Shown here piece by piece: positions 39,006 through 51,022 of a DNA stretch of 64,000 bases (within the stretch, counting starts at the first letter, position 1; each line of letters opens with the position of its first letter). The notes beneath the pieces are model-generated. The model made no database searches. It was not told the origin of the DNA and saw only the letters and a program-made list of their open reading frames with translations. The stretch is from positions 142,290,001 through 142,354,000 of the forward strand of contig JANJGN010000001.1 in the NCBI GenBank assembly GCA_026770705.1, written 5' to 3'. Origin of the DNA: Isurus oxyrinchus (taxonomy: Eukaryota). The translations under genes were made by a program, and so were the position numbers.

Positions 39006-41892
39006 CTTGTCCTATCCATAGTAAAAAGTCACGGAACTTTGCCATGGTTCAGTGAATAATCATCAAGGCAGAGAACTCAAGAAGAAGATAACTGGTTTGC
39101 TGGAAGTTACTATTTCCCATGTAACTGTTGAGGTGGTAAGAATGGGACCTCCTTTGGGATTCCTGTAGTAAGAATTGGAGGAGGATGAGCAAAATCAAGA
39201 AAAACCGGTGTGACTATACTTCATGCATTATGTACACATGGACCCTTATCCTAGGACCCCCGCTTAATGACCCAGACATTCCTTCTTTAGCATGTCTTCA
39301 GCAAAGTCTCTTGGGTACCAACTTGCAGGCAACTCATACCAAAGAGGCCACTTTTGCTATGGGTGTGCACTGAATCTTCTTCGACTGGATCCTTCCAAAT
39401 CCAGGACCAGTGAAGCACACAGGATTTTCTTCCCAGTAAAATGAACTGATGGACAGTAAGTCCAATGACTGTTCTGACCACTTCACCTAGAGAGCCCTGA
39501 TGTGCGAAACTGCGAACTGGGAAGATGATTCCCGTAAAATCCATCCCGAAGTGAGGATATCATTAGCATCACATTTAATGACCTTTTATGGTCAACAGCC
39601 TGTCAACATTTGATATCTAAATACACACTTGAAATAAGCCACTTTGGGGAGATACGGGAAGATTGTGGGCAAAAAATGGGACTTTCAGTACTGCCTTCAA
39701 GGCCAAAAGATTGGAAGAGATACAACTACCATCTCTAAGTTTTGATACAGCCATTAATGTGATTTCCACAGGATTTCATCAGTCTTATACAACAGCTTAA
39801 ACTTCAACTGCATCTTTAACCGCAAAAAAATTTCCCAAAAGCATTTCATAAAGTAGAAGAAGAGTTAAAGGTGATGGGCAAATAGGTGGTATAGGAAAGG
39901 AAGAGGTTAAAGGATGGAGGAGTTGACAGAGAGGGTTCCAGAGCGTGGACTGAGAGCTGCTCCATTCACAGTGGAGTATGGGGGGTTGGATGTTGACTAC
40001 AGTGCATGAAGTGCAGAATCAGGGCCAGTGAAGGCTGCTCAATAAGGGAGGGAACAAGGCCACTGGGGGGGCAGGGTGCTGTAGGGAAGAATTTTGAAAT
40101 CGCATCATTGGAGGATGATCAGAATTCAACTTCGGCCAAGGCAGATCTGATGCGGAGACGAATAGAATGCAGGATAGGGTGGGGATTAGAGTTTTGGATG
40201 AATTTCAATTTGTGAACAGCAGAACACAGGAATCCAGCAAGGAGAACTTTGGAATTATGGAGGTTGGAAGGGGCAAAGTATGATGAATAGTTTCAGTAAC
40301 TGTTCTCGTAGTGAGATATGGGTGAAAGCAGGCTGGGTTGAATGCTGAAATAGGTGCTCTAAGTGGTGGTTAGCATGTGTAATCAAAGAGGGCACCAAGG
40401 TCAGTACTCTCAAATGTAGGCTGTGCAGTCGGCTTGTGAGGGGACTAGAGTTAGGACCAAAGAACCAAGGTTTTTAATGGCATTGAACAGGATGACCTCA
40501 GTCTTATGATACCGAGTTGACTTGTTAGCTAAAAGCAGATAATTGAGGAGTGAAGAATTATGAAGGAGAGGTAGGTCAGTCCGTTGACTTTAGAAAGCTG
40601 ATCACCAGACCTATGAATGGTGTCATCTAGCACAGCTAACAAGAAGAATGAAACCTTTAATCGTAACTGAGGTGACTTTGCAAGGGCAGGAGGAGGAGCT
40701 TTTGAGGGCATTGTGCTAATTTTAGTCTGTTGATAGTGCAAAACTTGTGTATTGTTGAAAAAAGAGACATATTGAAGCTTTTTGTCTTGTACTCACCAGA
40801 ACATTCGCAGGAATACCAAATGTAAAGAACAATTTACACTTCAGGAGAAGTGAGTGCTGATTGGTTGACAAGTGGACTCTGATTGGCATTGCCATGGAGA
40901 ATGCACCAGTTAACTGATGACTGACAGTTAACTGACAAGCTTTGTTTCTTTTCAAACCAGGCAGGTTGCCACTGATTGGTCAGGGCATTGCACTGGGGAA
41001 TGAACCAGAGCATGGCCGTCACCTATTTTGGTCAGTTGAAACAGGTGCAGTGTGTGTACATGTTCTTTCTGTCTGCAAATAGCAGGATTCTGTGTATGAA
41101 TATACATGGTTTCTAGCACGTGTAAGTGGGCCACACTGTGAGTCTGACTGATAATCTTAAATTGGTTGTCAGGAGTTCTTACAGCATTCAGGGTTGTTTA
41201 TCAAAACGTTGTCAATTGTGGAAACACATCTAATATTGGACACAGTGTTTTGAGTTTTGCAAGCATGGACTGGCTGGGTACAGTCTGTACCTTGCCTATT
41301 GTGAACAGTCGAAGAGACATGCTGTTTGATACGATCCACCAGTCATTGGAATGTACTGACATTCTGCCTATCACACAAATGAGTGTGATTTATGAATTTC
41401 AGAGCCGATGTGAAGTTAGGTACGATTTTTAAAAAATCATTCATGGGATGTGGGCATTGCTGGCTGGGCCAGCATTTATTGCCCATCTGTAATTGCCCTT
41501 GAGAAGGTGGTGGTGAGCTGCCTTCTTGAACCGCTGCAGTCCATGTGTTGTAGGTACACCCACAGCGCTGTTAGAGATGGAGTTCCCCAGTCTTCGCAAA
41601 TGTGAATGTTTCCTTCACCATACATGTGCAAAACTTGCTCAAAACTGGATGTAGCAACTTGCCTAACCATTTGGTTAATTTATGTTGTACAGAACTGGTC
41701 ATAGATAAGATAGGGCACAAAAGGACATCACTTTTGTGTGTCTTGGGCAACCTATGCATACACGGGCGCAGTGAGCCTTGAGGACGAACCCTATCATATA
41801 TATCACCAGACAGCTCTTTGCGCTTCCACAAGTCCAACAAACATTTTTCAGGTCCAATCAGAGTCAACCTGCCTGGTTTAAACTTAAACAAA

Positions 41893-42130
41893 GATAAAAG
41901 CAAAATATTGCGGATGCTGGAAATCTGAAATAAAAACAGAAAATGCTAGAAAAACTCAGCAGGTCTGACAGCATCTATGGAGAGAGAAACAGAGTTAACG
42001 CTTTGAGTCCATATGACTCTTCTTTAGAGTTCTGAAGAAGTCATAAGGACTCAAAACATTAACTCTGTCTCTCTTTCCACAGATGCTGTTAGATCTGCTG
42101 AGTTTTTCCAGGATTTTCAGTTTTTATTTG
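41893..42130. mobile_element. Fold-back Penelope pLTR-tail unit with two opposed degenerate hammerheads
   Basis: About 100-bp arms inverted around 42025-42030. Flanked by aacttaaacaaa (41881-41892) and aagttaaacaaa (42131-42142). Confidence 0.75.
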
Positions 42131-42289
42131 AAGTTAAACAAAAGTTGGCATTTAACTTTCAGTCATCAATTAACCGGTGCATTCTCCATGGCAACGCCTC
42201 TATTAATTAGAGTCCATTTGCCAGCCAATCAGCATTTTCTTCTCATGAAGTATAAATTGTTGTTCCCTTTACATTTGGTTTTCTTGTGA

Positions 42290-42325
42290 ATGTCCTGATG
42301 AGTGCAAGGCAAAAAGCTTCGACAT
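42290..42325 (+). ncRNA. Minimal type-I hammerhead ribozyme motif, probably inactivated (G12A)
   Basis: AUGUC-CUGAUGA-GUgcaagGC-AAAA-AGCU-UC-GACAU. Helix I AUGUC/GACAU and palindromic AAGCUU helix III. A more decayed copy lies on the - strand at 40769-40804. Confidence 0.6.
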
Positions 42326-43539
42326 GTCTCTTTTCAGTTATACTCATATGCTAATTTTGTTGGGACAGGAAGGAGTGAAACCAGGCTAGAACAGTGCAAG
42401 GGAGGTGAATGGTGGAGGGGAAGAGAGTGAATGACAATGTAGAAAGATCAAAAAGGATGAAAAGGGATGGTGCACTATGGTTGCAGCCATGGAGAGTATC
42501 ACTGGCGTCTGACCAAGAGATGTTCTAGGTGTTGCGTGCAGAGTCAAAATTAGATTGAAGATATGCTTTGGCAAGAGTGGTGATAAGCTGTAAAATTTAC
42601 CTCAAACCAAACACCCTTTGGGTTGGGTAATTGACTTTAATATTTGGAATATGCAAGCATTGGCATTCCTCTTAACATATTCTAGCCACCTCCGCAGTTT
42701 ATTAAAATGTTCAGTGCTGATATTTCAAAGAAAGCAGTTCTGTGATACAACATAAGTCAAGAGCAAATGCATAAAATATGCATACAAAATAATATAGCTC
42801 TCGGCCCTACTGAATGAGCAGCATCATAAATAATGTATTGTCAGTCATGCCTGTCATTTGCTGATATGCTGTGCATCATTCACTTTTAATAGTACAATGT
42901 ACCTAATAACAGAGGACAAACTTGGCAGTATACACATGTGTTAACTTGAAAGCCCTTTGAGTTAAGCAACAACCATGAAGTAATAACTGAACTAACAAAA
43001 TGATACAGGACTGGCGAAAAACCTAAGATTCTCAAACTCTCCACTCACTCTGGAAACACCGAGCTATGCTGACTTCCATCCTCATCCTCCAAGAGGGTTT
43101 AAAATTCAGCTGCTTAGCAGATGTAAAGGCTCCACATGTTGGGCTGAATTTTACAGTTCCCTGGGGACAAGGTTGTGGAGGGGGCTGTGGTAGGGGTGGG
43201 AGGAATCCTGTAAAATCTTTAAGGAAGTGCTGGGGGGTTGTGGGTTAGTGGGGGGATGGTGGGAGTGGGCCTGTCCTTTCCCACCAGCATGTCATAAGGT
43301 AGTGGACAGTCCTTCTGCCCAGAAGCCAACTGAATGACTTGAGCGGCCAATTAACGGCTGCTTCCTGTCCTCACTGGCATTTTAACAGTGGTGGGTGGAC
43401 TCTCTGCCGAATGAACTTTGGCGGCCTCTCAATGGGCTTGGTGGGTGGTTTGCTGGGGGGAAGAGTGAGATCGTCTGTTGGGGGGCAAGAGTGAGGGTTT
43501 GGGGATTGGATGAAGTGGTGCCAGAGCCCACTAGGCCAT

Positions 43540-43870
43540 TTGTAGGGCTCAGAGAACTAGAACCAAGGGACACAGTTTAAGAACCAGAGGTTCTACAGTT
43601 TAAGACTGAGATGTGGAGTATTTTTTTCTCTCAAAGGGTTGTTAATATGTGGAATTCTCTTCCCCAGAAAGAAGTGGATGCTGGGTCATTGAATTTATTT
43701 CAGGCAGATTTAGTCAGATTTTTGATAGACAAGGGAGTCAAGGGTTATGGGGGGGCAGGCGGCAAAGTGGAGTTGAGACCACAACAAGATCAGCCATGAT
43801 CTTATGGAATGGCGAAGCAGGCTTGAAGGGATGAATGGCCTACCCCTGCTAATAAGTCCTATGCTCCTAT
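43540..43870 (+). mobile_element. CR1 LINE 3' fragment
   Basis: FFSQRVVNMWNSLPQ. Tail gatcagccatgatcttatggaatggcg...gaatggcctacccctgct. Confidence 0.8.
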
Positions 43871-44889
43871 GTTGCGATGAGAAAGGAGTCTCTGGGGATT
43901 CTGTTCCTTCAGGACTGTCGTGACCTGAGTGAGAAGAAGGTTCATAGACGTGTGCCTTGTCAGTGCGATCTGTGCCCTGGGACTTCAGATGGAATATGGC
44001 TCCTCTAATCCTACAGCCCTCTGAAATAGCTGCATTCCTCCAATTCTGGTTTCTTACACATCTCAATTTTCACTGCTCCACCACTGGCAGCCATTCAACT
44101 GCCTAGTCCGAAGCTCTGGAATTCCCTCCCTAAACCTCTCTTCACTCTCTCTCCTCCTCGAAGATACTCCTTATAAAACTGTCCTCTTTGACCAAGTCTT
44201 TGGTCACCTATCCTAATATCTCCTAATGTGTCTCAATGTCAAACTTTATTTGAAGTCCTAAAACCCATTTTCAAATGCTTCATTACATTTAAGGTGTTGT
44301 ACAAATGCAATTTCTTGCCATTCCCAAAGCTTTCTACAATTGGGGTCTCCCTTGCAGCTTCTTGGCTGCCTCTGCCATAGCAACTTGCTGAAGCCCCCAC
44401 CATGTCCTGTTAAACCTCCCTCCAGCCAAACATTCGACTTAACAACATCAATTAGCCGTTGAAACTACCGTCAGCATAAAGCAAAACTCTTTTCCTCCTC
44501 CAACGGTTCCCCCTGACCGCTGCTATCTCGCTGGTCTTCTGGCTCGATCCCGCTCCTTACTTCAGCGCCAGCCGCCACCTGATCTTCCGTTGCACTTTGC
44601 AGATTGCTGGCCCCGTGGAAATGGGGCCCGATATTTGAGGCGCCGCCGGCCTCGGATTGTCCCCAGCGTGACCCACCCCACCCCTGCCCCACCCACCACC
44701 ACCCCATCACAGGCCCAGAAATGGAAGCACCCGAACTTCCATTCCCATCTCTTTCCAAAGCCGTGGAAGCATCACATGACGGCATGATATAAATTAATGC
44801 TTTAGTTTAATCCCTGAGTTTGTTTCAAAATGCATCCTTATTGGGCAGCTAATGGTGCACGTTAGGTCATACAAAGCAAGGGGTTATAA

Positions 44890-47640
44890 TAATAGAAGAA
44901 TCTTGAAATGATGCGTTGCAAAGGGAGGTGCTTCGGGCCATTGTGGCTGTGCTGACTATTTGAGAGAGCTGTTCAATTAATCCCACTCACTGCTATTTCC
45001 TTGTAGCTCTGTATTATTTTCTTTTTAAGTGTTTATCCAATTTCCTTTTGAAAGTTATTAATAAATCTGCTTCAACCGGCCTTTCAGACCATGCAGCTTA
45101 GTTTACAACAACACTGGTTGCTGACCCTCCTTCCACCACAAAGTGTTTCTCCTCATTTACTCTATCAAAACCACTCCACAACCTTTATCAAGTCTCCTCT
45201 TAATCTTCTTTGCTCTAAGGAGAACGACTCCAGCCTCCCAACTCTCTCCACATGACTGAAGTCCATTCCAGCAAATCTCTTCTGCACCCTTCATTCTGAG
45301 AAAAAAACTTTTTCACACAACCAGTGGTTCGGGTCTGGAATGCGCTGCCTGGAAGTGTGGTGAAGGCAGGTTCAATCGAGGAATTCAAGAGGGCATTAGA
45401 TGATTATTTGAATAGAAACAATGGGATACGGGGAAAAGGCAGAGCCATGGCAATAGGTCATAATGCTCATTTGGAGAGCTGGTGCAGATACAATGGGCTG
45501 AATGGCTTCCTTCTGTGCCATTAAAATTCTGTGAAACTGTGAGCCTCTCCAAGGCCTTTGCACTCTTCCTAGAAGCTTACCTTGATGAATGCTCTGAGAC
45601 ACTGCACCTGAGAAAAATGTCTAGGTTAAAAATCCCAAATTGATGTGTATGTCCAATGAGAATGTAGCAATTACTCATTGTGAGCAGTAGCTGGGGACCT
45701 TGGTGTTCTATGACATAAGAAACATAAGAAATGGAAAGAGAATAAGGCCATTTGCCCTTCGAGCCTGCTCCATCATTCAAGATTCTCGAATAGAATAGGA
45801 TTATGGAATGGTTACTGCAACAAAAGGAGGCCATTTGGCCTATCATCTCTGGGCTGGCCCTCTGAAGGGGCATTCCACCAAGTGCCGCTCCCCTGCCTTT
45901 TCCTGTAGCCCTATAAATTTTTCCTTTTCAGGTAATGATCCAATTCCCTTTTGAAAGCCTCAGTTGGTCCTGCCTCTACCACACTCTCAGGCAGTGCATT
46001 CTAGACCCTAACCCTTTTGGAACAGTTTCTCCCTATTTACACTATCCAGACGCCTCATGATTTTGAACATCTCTTTCAAATCAATTCGGCTCTATGGAGC
46101 CAGACAAAACACACAATTAATTAACCATGGCTGATCTTCAGCATCAACTCAATTTTCCTGGCCTATCCCCATATCCCTTGATTCCCTTCGTGTGCAGAAG
46201 CTATCGACCTTAGTCTTGAATATACTAGTGAACATCCTCAGCTCACTGCGGTAAAGAATTCCAGAGAGTCACAACCCTCTGAGTGAAGAAATATTTCCTC
46301 ATCCCAGAACTAAAATGCCGACCCTTTATCCTGAGCTGATGACCCCTAGTTTTAAGCTCTCAGGTATGGGAAACAGCATCTGCCTTGTCCAGAGAGTACA
46401 AGCCCACTCTACCCAATCTGTCTTCATAGGACAGCCCCCTCGTCCCAATTAACTGCATGTTTATACCCATCTTCTCTGGTAGTTACTGCAGCCAATTGAT
46501 AGAATCCCCAATAACTTTCATTCCTTACTTGTCTCTGCATTTCATATGAAACAGTTAGGATGGCTTTTGCTCTTTGAAACAATTGTTTCTAAAGCTATAA
46601 TTCAGGTCAGCAAACTGTTTTTTTTCCTCTCTTATCCAAAAACTACCCCTCAGTTCAAAAATCTTCTAATGTACTTAAATTGTCAACCAAACAAAGAATG
46701 TTAGGTCAGTGTTAAGGGTTGGTTTGCATGAAGCTTATGAATCAGGATGAGAAAGGCATCATAGAGACGAGTGGATAAAAATAAATAAATAATATTTTCC
46801 TAAACTGCTGTTGGAAACGAATGACAGTTTAGTAAAGATTAAGCCAAGGGAGGTACATTCCAGGTTGCTGGTTACAAAGTTCTATAGAACTCACAAGCAC
46901 AGAAACAATCCCCTCCAAGCCACTCACCATCCTGAATTGGCAATATATCGCTGTCCCTTCACAGTCGCCGGGTTAAAATCCTGGAACTCCCTCCCCGCAA
47001 CTAAGTAATCATGGCTGATCTTCAACGTCAGCTCAATTTTTCTGCCATATGGACTGAAGCAGCTCAAGAAGGCAGCTCACCACCACCTACTCAAGGGCAA
47101 TTAGGGACGGGCAATAAATGCTGGGCCCAGCCAGCGATGCCCACATCCCATGAATGAATTAAAAAAAATTGCCATTCAGCCCAACAGATCATTGCTGGAG
47201 TTTATGTTCCACTTGAGTCTCCTCTCAGCCCTTCTTCACCTAAACCTATCAACACACCCTGTTAATTCCTTGCTCCCTCATGTGGTTATCAAGCTCCTCC
47301 TTACATATGTCTATGCTATTCACCTAAAATACTCTCTGTGGTAGCGAGTTCCACATTCAAACCACTTTCTGATTAGAGAGATTTCTCCTGAATTTACGAT
47401 AAGTTTTATTAGTGACTATCTTATATTTATGGCCCTCATTTCTTGTTCACAAGTGCAAATATCGTCTCCACCTCTATCCTATCAAACCCTTTTATAGTCT
47501 TAAATACCTCTCTCAGATCACCCCTCAGTCACCTCTGTTCTAGAGAACAGATCAACAGCTTGTTCAATCTTTCCTGATTGGTATCAAGTCTCAGTTTTGG
47601 TATCATTCTAGTAAATCTTCTCTGCATCTCCAATGTACTG
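44890..47640. mobile_element. Cluster of nested CR1/L2-clade 3' fragments in both orientations
   Basis: Repeated aggccattcggccc / ataagaaacataagaaat / tggaatgcgctgcc motifs. Confidence 0.6.
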
Positions 47641-48019
47641 CACTGCACATATTTAGGATGTAATACTGTAGCTATGTCATGAGGAAGGTACAGAGCAGAG
47701 AGAAGAGAAAATGGTATATGACCACTTTGCTGCCCATTATCGTGGCCTTTGCAGGGGGTTGCATTTCTTTTAGCTAAAGGAATGACGTAAATGTGGCAAA
47801 ATTAAATGGAGCACATTATCTTTTTCGTAAATGGAAGAAAAAGGCAGTAAGAAAAATAAAATTGATGCTTAGGGTGACTTTTGAACTCCTCCGTTTATCT
47901 AGAATTCTGCAAGTTGCATTCTCCCACACAGAACTATTCACCAGAGTACAACAATCTCGTCTAACATTTAGAAGAATAATATACAGCTGGTGGAAAGACA
48001 TGAGAGAAATGCACTGTAC

Positions 48020-48215
48020 CCTTCGGATGCCGTCCTGGGAATCCTTCACCGAGGTTTCTGTGCCGTTACCTCTGTTGATCATCCTCCACATTTGGGCGTA
48101 CATATTGTCTCTCTCAAAGGGGTTCATTCCTTTGACTCGAACATGCTCATACACAGCCGACTCCATCACCGTGCCATACGGTATGTCTGTTTGCTTGGAA
48201 AGATCTTGCAGGGAC
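48020..48215 (-). CDS. GRID2: Glutamate receptor ionotropic delta-2(-like), internal exon (start of S2 lobe; equivalent to GRID2 exon 13)
   Basis: Translates [65 protein letters not shown], which matches GluD2 rather than GluD1. Acceptor ttcttctcaactcaaag|G and donor AGG|gtacag. 196 bp, phase 2 to 0. Confidence 0.93.
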
Positions 48216-48599
48216 CTTTGAGTTGAGAAGAATGACAAGATAAATAAATAACACCACGTTTAAACATAAATCCCGAAGGCTTAATATAAGCTCAGGTGTT
48301 GATTACCCATATCTAAAAACTCATTTTATTGAAGAAAAGATGCAAGCTGCAATGAGTTTACAATTAATCCACAAAGCACTTTGCTGATCCTAGAAGCATT
48401 TGTTAAGGAACATTGGTCGAACAATCAGTCATCAAGGTGACACAGAGTGGTGGGGCTCCAAGGCAGAGAGACAATGGGGTGACAGGAAGTTCATCCTTTG
48501 TATTTTGCACATAGTGCATTAACAATCGCACTGTAACATACTGAGAGGGATCAGATGGAACTCTGAGGGGGTTGGGGAGAGGAAAAATCAAAGGATGAG

Positions 48600-49205
48600 A
48601 CATGCTCTCTCTCATCAACAGTAAGCAGCTCATCTGCTGCTCCAAACATTTGTCACCTCTATACTCCATGATTGTGACATGCTCCTGCCTCATGACCATC
48701 ACCATGCCTACTTTGTAAATTTGAGCTTATCCAAAACTTTGCTGTTGTATCCTAACTCATACCAAGTCCCATTCAGCCACCACCTCTGTGCTGGCTGACC
48801 TACATTGGTTCCCAGTCCGGCAACTCCTCAACATTAAAATTCTCATCCTTGTTTCCATACCCTTTAATGGCCTTGCCCCACCCTATCCCTGTAAGGTCCT
48901 CCAGCAAACAACAACCTTCCAAGATCTTTGTGTTCCTTTACTTCTGGAATCTTTGCCACCCCTCCCCCATTTTCTTTGCTCCACCAATGGTCTTTAGCTG
49001 CCTGAACCCTAAGCTCTGGAATTCCCTCCCTAAACCCCGATGCCTCTTTAGCTCTGCTCCTTTTGGTCGCTCCTTAAAACCTAACCAAGCTTGTCCTAGT
49101 ATCTCCTTATGTGTCTTGGTGTCTAAGCCTGTTTGATAATGATCCTGTGAAAAGCCTCGGGAGCTTTTACTATGTTACAGGTGCTGTATAAATGCAGGTT
49201 GTTGT
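48600..49205 (+). mobile_element. L2 LINE 3' fragment
   Basis: LADLHWFPVRQLLNIKILILV and PKLWNSLPKP. Confidence 0.8.
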
Positions 49206-50019
49206 TGATGCTTTTGTTATGAGGGGTATTGGTCAAAGTTTTGAAACAGGCTTGGTCTGTGTAGGAGACCAAAGGAAACAGATGGAGAAAATAAAACACA
49301 TTTACTTCATTTGATTTATTTACTAATCATTAGCCGTTATCAAAACAGATACATGAGTTAGACACTTTTTTTGGGCTATTGCCAATTTAGAATATGGATT
49401 CCTTTGTAAAAATCTTAAAATCAAAAATACAAAGGGAATGCTTATCTAATTGTGGCTCACCCAATGGGCAAGGTTTTGTGTTGGGGGAGAGGGTGTGGAT
49501 TTGATGGTAAACTATCAGCGTTCGCCCCTTCTTATTCCTCTGAAACTGACAGCTACTTTAGAATGTCGGGCACGCACAGATTAGTGCAGAAATCCTTGAA
49601 TTGTCGTCAGTCACTCAGGGCTACGACACAAACTGTGCTGCAAACTGTACCCTCACACCACTCCCAGAGTCAGCCATCGTGAAGTCAGCGAGAATTTGAA
49701 CTACCCCCTCCTGCATTGCTGTTAGACACCCTATAAAAAGTTACACCTTGTTCAAGAAGGCATAACTGGGTTTCTAAAGGTGATGTGATTAATAAACCTC
49801 GATGAACAACAAAACTAGCCCTGAAAAATCAATTTTATATTCGTGGAGTACTGTTAACTGGTTACAGATTTTTTTAGGCTAAATTTTTTCATAATGATAT
49901 TTTAAAAAAATGTTTGCCTTGAATATTTTAGCACTTTCCTTCACCCATATTTGTGGCTTAATCTTTAACTTGCACCATGTGAACATTTTTAAAAGTGATT
50001 TTATTTTAATATTTTTTGT

Positions 50020-50625
50020 TACTTGCACTTCTTTCAATTCAGTACACAGTATTCACTGCTCACAATGTGGTCTGCTCTACACTGGGGAGACCAAATGCTG
50101 ATTGGGTAATCGCTTAGTGGACCATCTCCGTTCAGTCTGCAAGCATAACCCTGAGATTCTGGTTGCCTGTCATTTTAATTCTCCACCTACTCACATCTCT
50201 GTTCTCGGCCTACTGCCGTGTACCGATGAAGCTCAACACAAGCTCAAACACAACATAACCTCGTCTTTTGATTAGGTACTTTGCCACATTCTGGACTCAA
50301 CATTGGGTTCAATAATTTCAGCCTCTTCCCCCTTTTTTTTTTCTCTTTTCTTTGCATGTCTTGGTCATAATCCTTTTGTCCCCCTGCTTTTGTTATCAGG
50401 TGGTAGCTGTTCATTATTCTGCCATTCACACCTCCTCTGGACACACCTTTTGTTTCTTTATTATGTTCCATTATCTTTGGCTCTGCACAACCAATGCTTC
50501 TGTCATTTAATGCCTCTATTCTTCTTTTTCTACCCTTCCCCATTTCACCTGCTTACATTTACATTTTTAACTTTTCCCAGTTCTGATGAAAGGTCATTGA
50601 GCTGAAACATTAACTCTGTTTCTCT
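50020..50625 (+). mobile_element. Older degenerate Penelope (Neptune-type) 3' fragment: GIY-YIG remnant + pLTR
   Basis: IHCSQCGLLYTGETK, homologous to the end of the 51023 ORF. The tail continues at 51014-51024, 53372-53400 and about 53645-53675 after nested insertions. Confidence 0.8.
50579..50615 (+). ncRNA. Degenerate minimal hammerhead motif of the older Penelope
   Basis: AGUU-CUGAUGA-A-AGGUC-auu-GAGCU-GAA-ACAU-U-AACU. Core boxes are intact, but helix II has a mismatch and the ACGU palindrome is broken. Confidence 0.55.
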
Positions 50626-50629
50626 TTCT

Positions 50630-51005
50630 TTCTTTTATTTTTTGATAAGATGTGGGCTTTGCTGGCGAGGCCAGCATTTGTTGCCTATCCCTAATTTCCC
50701 TTGAACTGAATGGCTTATTAGGCCATTTCAGAGGGCAGTTCAGAGCCAACCACATTATTGTGGGTCTGGAGTCACATGTAGGCCAGACCAGGTAAGCACG
50801 GCACATAAGTGAACCAGATGGGTTTTTAGAGCAATCAATGATGGCTGCATGGTCACCATTACTGAGGCTAGCTTTCAACTCCAGATTTAATTGATTGAAT
50901 TTAAATTCCACCAGCTGATATGGTGGGATTTGAATCCATGTCACTGGAGCATTCATTTGGGTCTCTGGAATACTGGCCTAGGAACAGTGCTACCATGGCA
51001 CCATT
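50630..51005 (-). mobile_element. tRNA-derived SINE (same family as 795)
   Basis: gatgtgggctttgctggcgaggccagcatttg ... tggtgggatttgaatcc. Confidence 0.8.
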
Positions 51006-51022
51006 TCCCCCATCTCTCCATA

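Larger units (their letters stand above)
40740..42345 (-). mobile_element. Older, rearranged Penelope-like element (Poseidon-type) with inverted pLTR pieces
   Basis: RT N-terminal fragment RP.MHRLPKTHKSDVLL.PILS (41600-41860, -). GIY-YIG pieces VIYEFQ..C..RY (+, 41357-41425) and DRIKQHV / HLHVLE..YI......CRQKE (-). pLTR at 40740-40950 (-) mirrored at 41860-41892 plus 42131-42345 (+). Confidence 0.75.
11182..48019 (-). other. GT-AG intron of the GRID2-like gene (36,838 bp)
   Basis: Bounded by the donor at 48019 and the acceptor at 11182. Phases match (0) and the protein is contiguous across the junction (GIRR|VKAG). Confidence 0.9.

Noticed and set aside
47816-48238. 140-aa ORF as a standalone gene
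   Set aside because: Only 48020-48215 is exon. The rest is intron read-through past clear splice sites.
50891-51022. Apparent N-terminus of the 641-aa ORF
   Set aside because: Lies outside the TSD in antisense SINE sequence with a TTG start; chance read-through.
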